A DNA stretch of 63,481 nt, the filler included, from Octopus bimaculoides (Eukaryota): assembly GCF_001194135.2 (NCBI RefSeq). It is 5 parts of 4 records of this genome, joined end to end, with 100 filler letters (N's around TTAATTAATTAA, not from the genome) between each part and the next. Parts side by side here need not be neighbours in the genome. Positions count along the whole stretch, not along the records: positions 1 to 20,569 come from NC_068988.1; positions 20,670 to 35,830 come from NC_068988.1; 3 more parts are not named here. One strand, 5' to 3'. Under the pieces are notes generated by a model. The model saw nothing but the letters and a program-made list of their open reading frames with translations. It was not told the DNA's origin and ran no database searches. How positions within the stretch are numbered: the stretch's first letter is position 1; each line of letters starts with the position of its first letter. Position numbers and translations under genes: made by a program. This document shows positions 12,338 to 27,109 of the stretch, piece by piece.

Positions 12338-12958
12338 GTATGCATATATATAATATACACACACTCACACACACACACTGTTGCACACACACATATATAC
12401 ATTCATGTATGTATATATAAACGGGTGATTGTGTCCACGCCTGAAGAGTATATATGTATACACATATGCATGTTTGCATCTGTATACGACATTAGATACT
12501 TAATTATCTAGCTACTTTTTAGGAGCGTCTAGATACAACAAGATTAATGTTTTTTTGCCAAACCTTCAGTAAATCAGTAAATATGTAGTTTTGAAGAGCC
12601 ATTATACCTACGTCCATCTGTCGGACAATGATTTACGGAGAACCACAGAATGAAATAGTATACACAAGAAGCAATGTACATTAAGCTGATGTTATTAATT
12701 GAAAAATACCCTAAAATACACTAAACATTGGCGCAGGCGTTGGTTCTGGATGAGATGTCAATGCGTGGCACCTTGGGCAAATGTTTTCTACTCTATGCAC
12801 AAGCCGACCAAAGTTCTGGGTGTGGATTGGTTTTGTGGTTTCTATTGTGGTAGGGGTCAGTCCCTTACTTGCAAAATATATCAAGTGCAGATTGCATCGA
12901 GTAATCATTTGCAGTAAAGACGGTTCCTAAAGAACAGCCATATTTAGGTGGCGATGTA

Positions 12959-13004
<46 letters not shown>

Positions 13005-13007
13005 GTA

Positions 13008-13735
13008 TATTGGATCATCCCATAAATAATTTGTTTTCTTTTCAGTTGCAACAGCTAAAAGTCGGAGGGGGATGGGATAAACTGCCTGCATCAGCTATAA
13101 AAGCAGATCCGTGTACTTATTCTTAGTGTTAGTGTTGAAGAGTGCAGTTCCATTTTAATGGTTATTTCTTCAAAGCGATATTGGAAGTGACAAAGGAGCA
13201 TATTCGGTGTATTTTACGTTGTGAGTTGAATAAAGGCAACAACACAACGGAAAGTGTGAGGAATATTAATGCAGTATGCGTGTATTGGACAATAACTGTA
13301 AGCCAGTGTCAACGGTAGTTCCAGAAACTCCGATCCAGAAACTACAACCTAGAAGACGAGCATCGTCCTACAAGATCCATAGAGTTCGACGAGGAAGTCC
13401 TGCAAACCCTGGTGGAACAAAGTCCCATCGTAACTGTTGAAAAACTAGCAGAGAAACTTGGATTTGCTCATTCAACTAGTCATTCAAATGAGTGCTAGAA
13501 GAAAAACGATCATATTTGGATTCAAGACTATAGGTGTTCTTCCATCAGGATAATGCTCGGTTACATACAGCGAGGATAACGTTCCCAAGGCTTTAGCAAT
13601 TTGAATAGCACACGATGCCCCATCCACCATATTCGCAGGACATTGCCCCATCTGCTTATCATTTATTCCGCAGTTTTCAAAATCATTTATATGCCAAAAT
13701 ATGAAATCTTTAGACGAGATTCAGAACAGTGCTGG
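13008..13735 (+). mobile_element. Decayed mariner transposon with internal deletion
   Basis: EVTKEHIRCILRCELNKGNN...QR*FQK...LEDEHRP (HTH) and VFFHQDNARLHT...HPPYSQDIAPSAYHLFRSFQNHL (catalytic motifs), with stops; TA-flanked TIR-like start at 13008. Confidence 0.88.
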
Positions 13736-14227
13736 TCCTCTAAATTTTTTCCTTTCTGACTTTTTAAGATTTTTTTGTATTCACAAATGTGTAAACTACA
13801 TACTAAAGATAACAGATCCTCTTATTGAATTCTAATTTCATTGCAGTGCGATGTGTTATCACAGAAATTCTTGTTGTCTGAGTGAAATTCTGAAATAAGA
13901 AAATGGCCCTAACGATGTTATGGTGTCTTGTATAAGTCCTGAGCTTATATATATATATATATATATATATATNNNNNNNNNNNNNNNNNNNNNNNNNNNN
14001 NNNNNNNNNNNNNNNNNNNNNNNNNNNNNNNNNNNNNNNNNNNNNNNNNNNNNNNNNNNNNNNNNNNNNNNNNNNNNNNNNNNNNNNNNNNNNNNNNNNN
14101 NNNNNNNNNNNNNNNNNNNNNNNNNNNNNNNNNNNNNNNNNNNNNNNNNNNNNNNNNNNNNNNNNNNNNNNNNNNNNNNNNNNNNNNNNNNNNNNNNNNN
14201 NNNNNNNNNNNNNNNNNNNNNNNNNNN

Positions 14228-14287
<60 letters not shown>

Positions 14288-14721
14288 TGCATGTATATAT
14301 ATATATATGTGTGTGTGTGTGTATGTGCGTGTGTTTATATATAAATATAATTGTATACACACGCACATAGAACAGACATAAACCTATGTATTAACTCACC
14401 TCTCCTCTTCTCTTTCTCTATGTGTGTGTGAGTGAGTGTTAGTGTTTCACCACAGCTGTACTAGCTATCGTTGTTTTTAATGTCCCCGTCACAAAGGTGA
14501 TCGGCATAAAGAAGCGACAGACAAAGCACCAGATAAGCACCAGGCGCGGTCTGTCGGGTTAAACGTATGAAGCGTGTGCTCCAGTATGGCCAATGTTGAA
14601 CCACCGCTGAAGATAACAAAATAGGAAAACATAAGATTTCTGTAGAAATACTGATATGTTGTTACGTTTATATATTCGTTTTGCAAGATTTTTGATGTGA
14701 ATTCGTGTGATGAAACAGATA

Positions 14722-14914
14722 TTGTTGTATTTGGGGACGGTCATGTTGCCAGTTTAGCCAATAAAAACACACGCACTGTATATTTGGTGTTCATTTGCTT
14801 CAGCTCTATTTTATGATTAATGTAAAATAAAACTGAAGCAAATGAACACCAAATATACAGTGCGTGTGTTTTTATTGGCTAAACTGGCAACATGACCGTC
14901 CCCAAATGCAACAA
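14722..14914. repeat. Near-perfect fold-back palindrome (82-bp arms, 1 mismatch, 29-nt loop)
   Basis: 14722-14803 is the reverse complement of 14833-14914. Confidence 0.92.
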
Positions 14915-17525
14915 ATACGGATACGTTGGTTCCTCATATCTAGTCTATTTCAATAGGTGAGATGGAATGCAAAATCATTGAATAGATTCGCTATTTAGGT
15001 TTATCCAATTTAATCGGTAGCTTAACATTCAGAAAAATCAATGAATTAATTGTGGATCTGGAAATATACGATTTATTTGTTTATTAAGTGTTTATATATT
15101 CTCTTAATTTCCGCTTATGAAATATATAACAAATTGAATCCATCGTAATCAACAGTATCTATGGGAGATAACTCTCATATATTTAACGGGGTTTTGTCCC
15201 TTGAGAGTAGTATACAAGTTTTGTTTTCAGATATTCATTTAAGATATTCATTTAGAGAGTCAAGACTATTGAAAAGGTTGCAAGACGCAACGAAAATTTT
15301 AGGAAAATAAAAATAAGAAATAAGTGGAAATTTTACCGGTGAGTGTTAAATTTTAAGGCACAATAAGAAAATGACTCTCCCCAGACATTTAAGTGAAAGT
15401 TATTTAGATTACGTACATGCATATATATACATATATATACATTTTGTTGGGCTTTAAGCATTTTTGACGGGATGGCTCGACTTGATATTAAATAATACTC
15501 ATGAATGTTTATTGGTGCGTTTGCGAGTGTTGACGCAATCTTCACAACGGTCCGAGTCAGTTTCGAGAAGTAAAGTTCACTACAGAAAATATATAAAAGT
15601 CAGATGCTGGAGTTCCCTCTTAAAGTGACTTTATGTTAATCAGTTGGGTGCGATATTGCTGGATGCGGTTTATGAAACCTCTAGATGCAACAATAGCTCC
15701 ATGGAAACTGTGGAAGAAACACTCCATCTTTAGCTTCACATGACCATTATAGAAAATTCTTAGCGGCATTTTGTGTTAGCGCGCTTGTGTGTGTATGACC
15801 ACTGCTTCACTACCGTTATCGTTCTATCTTTGTTCTCGTCACATAACTCATCAGTAAAAAGAATCGATAGACAACGCACGAGAGTTAACATAAGCATTAG
15901 GGAAGGCTTGTTGGACTAAAATGTTCAAGTATGTGCTCCTGTATGGCCAATGTTCAATGAACGTTGGTTACAACAAAATATACGAAATTCTTAACATCAA
16001 AAATAAATTTCTGTAGAAATCCTGAATCATTGGTCCGTTATAGACGAGTAGTGCAATAATTGAGAAGGAATGCAAAATAATTGTTCAGCCGGTGTCTTTG
16101 AAGGATAATGAGTTCGAGTTCCATGGCTGGAAGTTGACAAATTTTTCGGCCTTGTAAATGTAATTATAAAGGCAACTCTGCATTCGGAAAATATCATCTT
16201 GTTTGTATTGTAGAATACACATTTTCGACGCTTCTAATAAACGAAGAAAGATCTGTTTATTTACATTACATTCACACGTAATTGTTCTGAGTTTAAATGC
16301 TGCCTGGGTCACCTTTTTCTTTCATCCTTTCGGGTCAATAAAATGAATACCAGTTGAACAGTAAAGTACATGTCATTGGCTTAGCTTCTTACCCCGAAAC
16401 CGCTGGCTTTGTACCAAAATTTGAAATCAATTTCTTACATAGCGTATAAGGGGTTAACGTAGGTGAACATTTTCTTCAGGTGTATGTGGGTAGCTTAATT
16501 AAAATGTGAAAAATGAACTGCAGCGCAATTTGAACATATTATGTCCATACCAACGTCGAACGTCGAATTGTCGTACAGTTCGGTTAAAGCCACCCAATCA
16601 TCAGGCGGGATTGTTATATCGAGTGACAGATGAAATCAACTAAGCATGTGCATTAACCGTTTATCGGGTGGATGTCGTAATTTTTTTAGTTGCTGAATTA
16701 ACATATAAAACCTAGGTTCACCGGTTGTTATGGTATAATCCCCTATACCAAATGCACCATCTCAACCCCACAAAAATATTTGGGTGCTAAACTTTTTTAA
16801 GTGAATCATTTTCCCTGAGGTCATAATCATGTGAAACATTTATCTCATCAATTTTTTAAAATATCACAGTACGGAAACAAAACGCAAAATCACATTTATT
16901 TTAACAAATTTATACAATGATGGCCATATATAAATATAGCGAAATTTATTACGTTTCGCGGAAAAGTGCAGAAATGTGTATGTGCGTGCGTGTGTGTATG
17001 TGCGTGTGTGCGTGTGTGTATGTGCGTCGCTGATTATATGTCATTGGCCGTCGTATTCTACTTCACCCTGAACAAGATACTAAACTCCACCAGGAGCAAG
17101 TCTACTCCTCAGGAGTTCATGAGTTTTGGTGAGTGTGGAGCTATGCTTTATATGTTACTGGTCCCAGGTCCACTGTTAGGAGTGATAGCGCCTATCAGCG
17201 ATTATCACATCAGCTATGTGTGAAATAGCAGAAGTCGATTTATGTGAAATAGAAGATTGGCCGCCTGGCCTGAATCAATTAGTCCCATTGGTTGAAGGAT
17301 ATGTTTTTTTTTTTTGCCGGGTAGACGAGATTCCCTACTTAAAAGCTATATAGGTTATGCACCTTAGTCGAATGTTCGAGGCCGTTGGAGATACTTGAAC
17401 AAATTGTAAATAAATAAATGGAAGGTCAACAAGAAATCATTGCTGTACCATTCCAAGGAAAATTAAATCGTCAAACTTCGAGATAAAGGTCCGTGAATGC
17501 CGATTGTAGACAGAGCACATGAAGA

Positions 17526-17628
<103 letters not shown>

Positions 17629-18169
17629 GGTGGTAGTGGAGTGAAATATACGCTAGTCAAACAAAAATGTACGGTGTATTGTGTTTATGTTTGTTTAGCT
17701 TCTCTTGATTGAATACACATTGCAATGGGGCTGGAGATTAAACTGTAATACGTTGAATGAAGACTATTACTTTGCAATAATTGGAAATTAAATAAATATC
17801 ATTGAATTTCCTTTTAAAGTTTCACGAAGTTATATTCTTTAAATTTGTGGACAAAGACGTGCTTCATTATAGCTTCGTGTAATTCAAATTACCAATATTT
17901 CTGATGCTTTATTTCTCATGCTTGCTTTCTATGCGCTGGAACCAGTACACGATGAAGGATATTATAAAAGTGATAATCTGAATAATAGAAAACAAATAAG
18001 AATAAGAAATGCAACGACATTGACATGACATTTTAAAGCTGTTTAGCGGTTTTTAGTCTGTTTTCACGTTCTGATTTCAAATTCCGCCGAGGTCAACTTT
18101 ACCCTTCACCCTTTCGGAGTCGATAAATTACGTACAATTGAAACACTGGAGTTGGTGCAATTAGTCGAT

Positions 18170-19470
18170 GAAAGATATGGAAGACTGTTTAGCATACCAT
18201 GTTTGTGATTTTATTTTCGTAAATCCTGGATGTCGATTGCCTTAGCCCGCTCTATTCCATTATCAATTAATGGTGATAGGTACTGTCTTTCGAATAGAAT
18301 TTCCTTTAATTCTTGGAGTCTTTTGTCCAGCGTTTCATAATTTGAGACAACTGAATAAATTATTCTCGCTAGATTTAAAGGAATGTTTGTCTTTGTGTGC
18401 TTAGGGTGGTTGGAAATGAATAGAAGGTATTGTTTGGAATCAGTCGGTTTCAATGTTTGTGTCTTTTTATGTTTAAAGCGTCTAGAAATGTGAGTTGGTT
18501 TTGACTAAATTCCATTGTGAATTGGATATGACTGGTAATGCTGTCAATTAGGTTTTTGAATTCATTGAGTTGGTCGAATGCGTGAGATCATAGAATGAGA
18601 CAATCATCCAAGTAGTGCTTCCATTTCTCTAACTGACACTTGTAGAAATTCAGGTTGTATTTTAATTTGAATTGAATTATTCAGGTAGATCACAACTAGA
18701 TTAGCGTAAATTGCAGCAACGTTTGTGCCCACTGCAGTCCCTTATTCTCTTATCATCAAAGTTATCATCAAAAATGTTATCATCAAAGGTAAAAACGTTG
18801 TTTTGCAAAATGAATGTATGTCGCTCGATGATAAAATCTTTTTCTATCCGGGATCTCATTGGGGTATTTTTCCAGCCGGAATCTTATTGCCTCCAGTCCG
18901 TATTGGTGTGGAATCGAAGTGAACAGCTTTATCACACCAAAGGAGACGATGAAAATGTCCTTGTTGTCGTGTTTAGGGAGGTGGTTTCGGAGATCCAGAT
19001 CGTCTCTTACAATACTTGCTATGTGTTTGAGAATTGGTTTTAGCAGTATGTCTATAAAGTTGCTTTGTCCGTGTATTTCACAATTTGGGCCTGCCACAAT
19101 TGGTCTTAGTTTGAAGACAGTGGGATGTGGTACATTGATGCAGGTTGAGGTGGAACATTTGCAGGCTTTGTTAAATATTTTGCTCTTGTTGGTTTTTAGG
19201 AAGTTCGCAGCGGTAACTGGTTTCGTATTCAAAATTCGTTAAATAATCGCATTCCATTTTTTAAATGTTTTATTGATGTTAGCAAATAAGGTCGTTTAAT
19301 TTGGTCATCGTTTCTGACCATTGGTATTTATCTACTCTTTCATAGTATGTAGTATCTTGTTTGGTATCCATAATTACAACAACACTCCCCTTATCCACGT
19401 CTTTGTCGTGTTTGGTATCCATAATTACAACAACACTCCCCTTATCCACTTCTTTCATTATGATATCGTT
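18170..19470 (-). mobile_element. Penelope-like retroelement RT remnant (frameshifted)
   Basis: VDKGSVVVIMDTK (tandemly duplicated at ~19350-19450), LRPIVAGPNC, SFGVIKLFTSIPHQYGLEAI, KPTDSKQYL..SNHPKHTKTNIP. Confidence 0.85.
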
Positions 19471-19915
19471 ACTGTTTTTTACTCAAGGTACGCTAAATAG
19501 TCTTCCTTTTTACTCAAGGTACGCCCAGATAATTATAACACACACATACCCATGCGCACGCACACTTCACTGACAAATATAACACACACATATACACGCA
19601 TACACGTGTACACACATACACGTGTACACATATACACACACAACCCTGATAAATATAACACACACATACACGCGCGCGCACGCACACACACACACATGCA
19701 CGCACACACACGCACACACATAAATGGAACACCTACATACACGCACACACGTTCACTCTCACACCCACACACATAAACACAATGTGTTCGGTGCCAGTTC
19801 TCTTCTATTGAAATATTGAATAAAAATGCGTCGAATGATATTCGTAATTTTATATAACATAAATCTACGCATGTTTAAAAAGAATACTTTTTCGAAACTG
19901 ATTTACCATTTCACA

Positions 19916-20300
19916 GTGGAGGCGCAATGGCCCAGTGGTTAGGGTAGCGGACTCGCGGTCGTAGGATCGCGGTTTTGATTCCCAGACCGGGCGTTGTGAG
20001 TGTTTATTGAGCGAAAACACCTAAAGCTCCACGAGATTCCGGCAAGGAGTGGAGGCGAACCCTGCTGTACTCTTTCACCACAACTTTCTCTCACTCTATC
20101 TTCCTGTTTCTGTTGTACCTGTATTTTAAAGGGCCAGCCTCGTCACACTCTGTGTCACGCTGAATCTCCCCCGAGAACTACGTTAAGGGTACACGTGTCT
20201 GTGGAGTGCTGAGCCACTTGTACGTTAATTCCACGAGTAGGCTGTTCCGTTGATCGGATCAACTGGAACGCTCGTCGTTGTAACCGACGGAGTGCCAACG
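19916..20300 (+). mobile_element. Full-length tRNA-derived SINE family C
   Basis: A box TGGCCCAGTGG, B box GGTTTTGATTCCC; flanked by ATTTCACA repeats (19908-19915, 20301-20308); homologous to 29594 and 34517. Confidence 0.88.
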
Positions 20301-20569
20301 ATTTCACAATTAAACGAAATTTTTCTAAATCGCTCTGTATCATATTCTCCATGATACGGGTTGTACTAAATTGGTGTATATATTTATACTTACAGAGATT
20401 ATTGTCGAAGGAGTTATAGTCACATATACACTCAATTTAATACCCAGTGTAAATAAAGACATCCGCTTTAACATCAGCATCATCTGAAAATACAGCAAGA
20501 AAACATCTATGGGGCACATAAATATACTCAAATCAAGGCAGCAAATACAGACATATTTATGTATGCACG

Positions 20570-20669
20570 NNNNNNNNNNNNNNNNNNNNNNNNNNNNNNN
20601 NNNNNNNNNNNNNTTAATTAATTAANNNNNNNNNNNNNNNNNNNNNNNNNNNNNNNNNNNNNNNNNNNN
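20570..20669. other. Artificial scaffold-join linker 44N-TTAATTAATTAA-44N
   Basis: Exactly 100 nt with stops in all six frames; identical at 35831, 53332 and 58843. Confidence 0.93.
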
Positions 20670-20722
<53 letters not shown>

Positions 20723-22137
20723 TACACATGTACACACATATACTCATACATATATACATACATACAACATACATGCACACGCACACACACTCCCACCCAC
20801 ACACAGTGATTCATTCATCATTGAAGGATACAGTGACCGCAATAACATCTGAACTGTATAAAATCCAGTATGGGATTAAGATCATATTACACAAACCATA
20901 TATAAATAATCTCAAGTCTATATGCTATAGAACATAGACACATAATATAGTCTGCCAACATATTTCTGTGGTTGAAGAAATATTATCCAGACACTTAAGA
21001 GGTCATATTCCTGAGACTCTATCATGGCGGAAACGAAAAAAAAACACTTAAGGAATTTTGTTTTAATTCTACTATTTTGGTATTTTTACTTGTTTTCCAA
21101 CTTCAGTAAAGTAACAACACTTTATGATTGTGATCGAACTTTCTTTACAGCAAACCGACAAGAGAGTCTCTACATGGTTTCTTGACCTGCTAGCAATAGC
21201 AGCCACATCTTCCATAAATCATATCTCACCTTCAGAAGAACATATTACATCTTAATAAAAAAAAAAACAACAACATGGGATGCACAAACAACAACTTTGA
21301 TAATAGGTTTGATTAGAGCAGAAGTGACATCGGACTTTATCAATATGGAAAAAAAAATATATAAAATTAGAAATAAAAAGAGGATGAAACTTGAAATTTA
21401 TTTATATTTGATAGTACCAATTGATGTTGTTGTTGATGATGTTGCTGAAAAAGTTTGCACTCATCTGCCAATACAAACAAAACTATGAGCTCTCTCTCAA
21501 AGAGAGAAGACAGTTAACCTAAATTTTAAAACATAGAAGCACTTTAATGACCTGACCTTGTACTAGGCACTTATTGCAATATTTTGGCTTAAATCATCTG
21601 TAAAAAAAAAAACCACAAATGACCAGTCCAGTTAACAAACAACTGACCAAACTTCCAGAGACTGCATCATGACACTTGACATTCTACTGGGTCAAAGACC
21701 AGACGCTTAACTTGCAAACAGCCAAATTCATTCAGTAGCTATGACAGAAAGGTGGAATCTACAACTGTTTTATTTGCACTACTGTGTTAAGCTTTACCTG
21801 GAGAAAAGGTTAACAAGGATCCTATACTTGGGGACATCTATCTCTCAGTAACTTAACATTTAATGATAAAGGAAAAAATGTTGAGCATAAGCCCAGTGAT
21901 GCTTGTAAAAGGAATACCATTGTTATCATATGTAAAAAAAAAAGTGAGCTAAAATTTAAGTTTGTACACATAGCACAATTTTCCAACACAGTTTCAACCA
22001 TGCTTTAGTGACTAATGTCTATAGGTGATGTGTCAAATGGAGTTCCAATTTACCTAAAGAAAACTAAACGTTGAAACTATCACAACAAACTGTTCAATAG
22101 TTTCAGTGTTTAACTCACTGACCTGTTTTAAAATATA

Positions 22138-22372
22138 CAGGGTGGCCCAAAAGTAGGTTTGCAGTTATCAGGTAGGCACTTTAAATTTCTTTCAAAATAT
22201 TTTATTCCAGTTAAATTTCAATCTTACAAACTGAAAAGGGAGCGTGACAAAATTAACTAAATTAGCATAGAATAACAGTTTCACGTTTTTTTATAATTAA
22301 GATCTAAACTATTAATATATGAATATAAAAAAGATAGTTGAATAACTGTAAACCTACTTTTGGGCCACCCTC
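22138..22372. mobile_element. Tc1/mariner-type MITE
   Basis: ~30-bp TIRs CAGGGTGGCCCAAAAGTAGGTTT(G/A)CAGTTAT flanked by TA on both sides. Confidence 0.85.
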
Positions 22373-23653
22373 TATAATAAGGTACAAAACCATAATTTTG
22401 TCAGGGCTTGGTACTGGTTATGTTGAGCACAGTACTTGGTTGATACTTGTTTTATTGATCCCAGAAGAACAAAAGGCAAAATGGATCTAGTGGGATGGAT
22501 TTCAATTCAGAAGGTAAAGGGACATAACTAAATACAAAAAGGTATTTAATCCCTCACTCTATCGATTCTACAACTTCCCACTACCCTTTGACAACATATA
22601 ATAAATGTGATGGTGCCATGTTAAAAATACCGGTGCTGGTGCCCCATAGAAAGCATCCTGTACACTGTGTGAAGTGGATTAGGAAGGGCATCTAGTCATA
22701 GAAACCATGCCAGAACAGACAATGAGGCTTGGTATAGCTCTGTCAAACCAGCCAACCCATGACAGCATGGAAATAATGATGATGTAAAGAGCTCAAGTCT
22801 AGAATATCCTTCTAGTATTTAGCTTAAAGTCTTAGAGACTTGATATCCAATCCAATCCTATCCTATCCAGATAATCATATCTTCCTTTTGTTGAACAGCT
22901 CAAGGTTAGCTCTGATGATGCAAACCTATGGTGAAAGAGATTCCAGCTGTGAGTATCGAGCTTTTTTTCCAATGAGCAGAGAACCCAAGAACACATTATC
23001 CAACATGTTCTTTTTATAAAATGTTTAAGTTGTGATCCAGAGAGATTTGGTTGCTATTTCTAGCAGGTCAAGGGACCACGCAGAGCACTCTTACTACCCA
23101 CTATGCTTGTAATCATTTATATTTATAACACTGTTTGATAGCATTAAGTACTAATGATATAAGAATCAGCGTGAAAATGGATCAATGCTTGGAAGGAGTT
23201 GGTGACTGAGGTGGTTGCTTAACATGTTTAAAAAAAAAAAGGAGGGCTGTTTTATCTTTTTTTGGTGGGGTAATACAGTCCAGAAAATCTATGTCTACGG
23301 TTAGGGGCTGATGTGCACCTTTCCGCAGTTGTGAATGTCCTGAATGGAGCCAACCAACAGCTGTTCAGGGTTGAAAAAAAAAATGTCATTTATAGCAACT
23401 GGGGCTATGAGAAATATATCATCTGATGAATTAAAATGTAAAGAAATGAAAATAAACTACTATCTGTAGCAATTACACATGCTCTAGTGAACATAATGTT
23501 CACTTCTCTATGTTAATATGGCTGCTGTCTGCTGTGGCGAGATAGATTCTTATAAACAATGTGTGAGCATGGGAAAAAGTAAATGTCAAATGAAACACTG
23601 GTGATTTTGCGCATGCATGCAAGTGTGTATGTGTGTTTGGGTGTGTGTGTTTA

Positions 23654-23725
<72 letters not shown>

Positions 23726-24104
23726 CTGTGCCTGTTAAAAAAGTAGTTCATATATATAGTAATGATGACATATTTAAATATATTTATTAAAAGTTCAATG
23801 TCTGTTGCTACCACCTAAAATGGTGAGTTGTTCCCACTCTGCAGTGCCTATTTACAGCTTCTTGACTAGGGTCATCTGAAAACTGTCTTCTAGCCATAGG
23901 AGATACATATTATTAAAAAAAAAACACGTGTCTCAACACTGGCTGTCCACTAAGGCACCTGGTTATCTGCATGATACAATAATTGAAAAAAATACTTGAA
24001 AAAATAACCTTACAATAATTGAAAAACAAAAAAACTTTTTCAATTCTAAAAATCATAAATAAGGAATAAATCAAAAATTCAAAGTATTCAGAATTTATTC
24101 AAAG

Positions 24105-24378
24105 CAGTGGTTCCCAAACTTTTTCAGGCTGCTGCCCCCTTGACACCCAGGCCGTATTCCTAGCATCCAACTAACCATCATAAATATAGATTTCTTTCTG
24201 AAGCAAATTCAAAGCAAATAAGACTTAACCTAATGAACCCATTATTTTGTTGCTCTTTACAGGAATCACCCCTTTTGACTACCCCATTATTGCCCTAATT
24301 TTCTTCAATGCCACTTGGAACTTCCCCCCCCACCACCACCACCACAGGGGGTAATACCACCCACTTTGGGAACCACTG
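24105..24378. mobile_element. hAT-type MITE
   Basis: TIR CAGTGGTTCCCAAA / TTTGGGAACCACTG; 8-bp TSD ATTCAAAG / ATTTAAAG. Confidence 0.85.
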
Positions 24379-24699
24379 ATTTAAAGCAAAATACAGTTTT
24401 TTTATACTGATTTCAAATTTTGGCACAAGGCCAGCAAATCTGGGAGAGGGGGTAAGTCAATTACAGCGACCCAGTGCTCAACTGGTACTTATTTCATCAC
24501 CCCCAAAAGAATGAAAGGCAAAGTTGATTTCAGCAGGATCTGAACTAACATAAAGACGGACAAAATGCCATTAAGCATTTTGCTAAGCATGCTAACAATT
24601 CTACCAGCTTGCTGCCTTGATATTGGCAGAAATTTTCTCCAAAAAATTTAAATCAAGGACAGAAAAATGAATTATCCCTCATGTACACTCTCATTATCA

Positions 24700-24985
24700 C
24701 CATCGTTTAACGTCCACTTTCCATGCTAGCATGGGTTGGATGATTTGACTGAGGACTGGTGGTCCAAATGGCTGCACCAGGCTCCAATCTGATTTGGCAG
24801 AGTTTCTACAGCTGGATGCCCTTCCTAACACCAACCACTCCAAGAGTGTAGTGGGTGCTTTTACGTGCCACTGGCACAAAGGCCAGTCAGGCGGTACTGG
24901 CAACGGCCATGCTCAGAATGGTGTATTTTACGTGCCACCTGCACAGGAGCCAGTCCAGCGGCACTGGCAATGATCTCACTCAAAA
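24700..24985 (-). mobile_element. 3' UTR fragment of the RTE-like LINE seen at 27110-28030
   Basis: Reverse complement of 27740-28015; further fragments near 22610, 32600 and 33800. Confidence 0.8.
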
Positions 24986-26851
24986 ATAGAATCACTTGGC
25001 AAATACATAATAATGAAGAAATTTTTTTTTTGTAGGGGTGGGGGATATCTGATTAAACTGAGTTCAGTTTTAGACTGGAAATTAATTAATGAACCTCAGA
25101 AGTAATGGTGGTGAAACTGATTCTTAATGGATTCAAAATCAGAACACAAAGTGATGTAACCCATAGGCACAGATGTGGATGTGTGGTAAGAATTTTGCTT
25201 CTTAACCACATGGTTCTAGGTTCAATCCCACTGTCTAGCACCTTGGTCAAGTGTCTTCTACTACAACAGTGGATCAATCAAATCCTTTAGATTTGTTAGA
25301 TGGAAACTAAAAGAAGCCCATCATGTACATATATATATTTATATAGGCATATGTCTTTGTGCTTGTCCCTCACCACCACTTGACAACAGGTGTTGGTTTA
25401 TTTATGTTCCCATGATTGAGAGGTTTGGCAAAAGAGTCTGACAGAAGAAGCACTAGGCTGTAAAAAAAAAATGTATTGGGGCTGATTTGTTCAACTATAG
25501 TGAAATCTGAACTTAGAAGGCAAAAGGGATGTACAGGAAAGAGGTGACGGTCATGGCTGGAATATTTCTGATCATAATTTTTGTTCAAACAGGCCAAGCC
25601 TGGAACTAAACAGTAATAGTAGTGAAAGTAGAAAAACCAGCAAAACAATTTTTATATGTTAAAGAAATGTACTTGCATAGCAAGTGACCTGATCTGAGAT
25701 CATGTGCTGGAACGAAAACAATTGCAGCGTGGAAGGTGTTTATAAGCCTTTTAAAATAACATACAAAGACCGTTAGATTCACTTGAACATTTAAATTTAA
25801 TTTGTCAAAATATTTTCATCGCTTTGAGACTGCGACCTGTTAACTGACAAAATTCTGTGCTGCATCTGATGGCTATTTGGAGCACTCAATACAGAATGCA
25901 TGAAACAAAAAGGGATGATAACAGCTGGAAAACAGGAAGGACTGCTTAACTAAGGCTGACAAGTGTAAGTGGTGGACAAAATCAAGTGTAAGTGGAACAG
26001 AGTGTGTGGTGGAAACAATGGAGACAGAAAGCTCATGAACCCTGATTGAAATTTGCAACCCAGTAAGTTTTTCAAGGACTCACCACAATTACCACTTAGG
26101 CAGATATCAGATTACAAAAAAAAATTTTTTTTAATTAAATAGAAAGTGAAAAAAATGGGGAAAATAAAACAGTCCTTGGTGTCATTTTAATTTTTTTAAT
26201 ATACACTCATCACCACAACCTCCTCTTTAGCTGTTAAAATTCATATTGCCTTTATTAATCAATGAATCCCTTTTACTCCCAAATTCTTGTTTCACAAGAA
26301 GGACCACAATCAGATAAGAAAATCCTAGTGTGAGGAACCATCACTGTTATAAAGATTACGTCGGCTGGAGTCACACCTTTTGTTAAGTAAGGTTAATCTA
26401 AAGTATAAACAGCATCTATATGTAGCAAGTTAACAATTTTCTTCCCTATATTCACAACTATCATTAACAAAACTAGGTTAGTGTTTGTTGTTGTACTACT
26501 GCTGCTACTTTTTACTATAGAGGATAGGCTGAAAAATGTCATCTATTTCAAATATACACATTTTTATTATATCTATTATTATTAGGGTAGCGGATTAGCA
26601 AAATGCTAGGAACATTTGACAGAATGCCTCGCAGAAGTACCAGTGCTACATTCTGAGCTCAAATCTCATCCAGGTCGACTTTACCTTTCATTCTTTCAGC
26701 GTTAATAAAATAAGGTACCAGTAAAGTTCTAGGGGTGATATAATCAACTAACCTAGTCCAATCAAACTTACTGGCCTTATGCCTAAATTAGAAACAAACA
26801 TTACTGTTGTTATTATTGGCCATGGGACTATTTGGAAATCATTATTATTAC

Positions 26852-26882
<31 letters not shown>

Positions 26883-26884
<2 letters not shown>

Positions 26885-27095
26885 GGTAGTGAGCTGGCAG
26901 AATTCTTAGCATGCCGGGCGAAATGCTTAGCAGTATTCAGTCTGCTGTTACATTTTGAGTTCAAATTCCACTGAGGCCAACTTTGCCTTTCATCCTTTCA
27001 GGGTCAATAAATTAAGTACCAGTTGAGTACTGGACTGATCTAATTGATTGGGCCTCTCCCACCAAGTTTCAGGCCTTGTGCCTATAATAGAAAGG
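26883..27095 (+). mobile_element. SINE family A copy, heavily CpG-decayed
   Basis: Aligns to the 45101 copy with most CG changed to TG/CA. Confidence 0.8.
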
Positions 27096-27109
27096 ATTAT
27101 TATTACTAT

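Noticed and set aside
19916-19990. tRNA genes at SINE heads (also 31-100, 29594, 34830-34900)
   Set aside because: They continue into SINE bodies with TSDs and lack a proper acceptor stem
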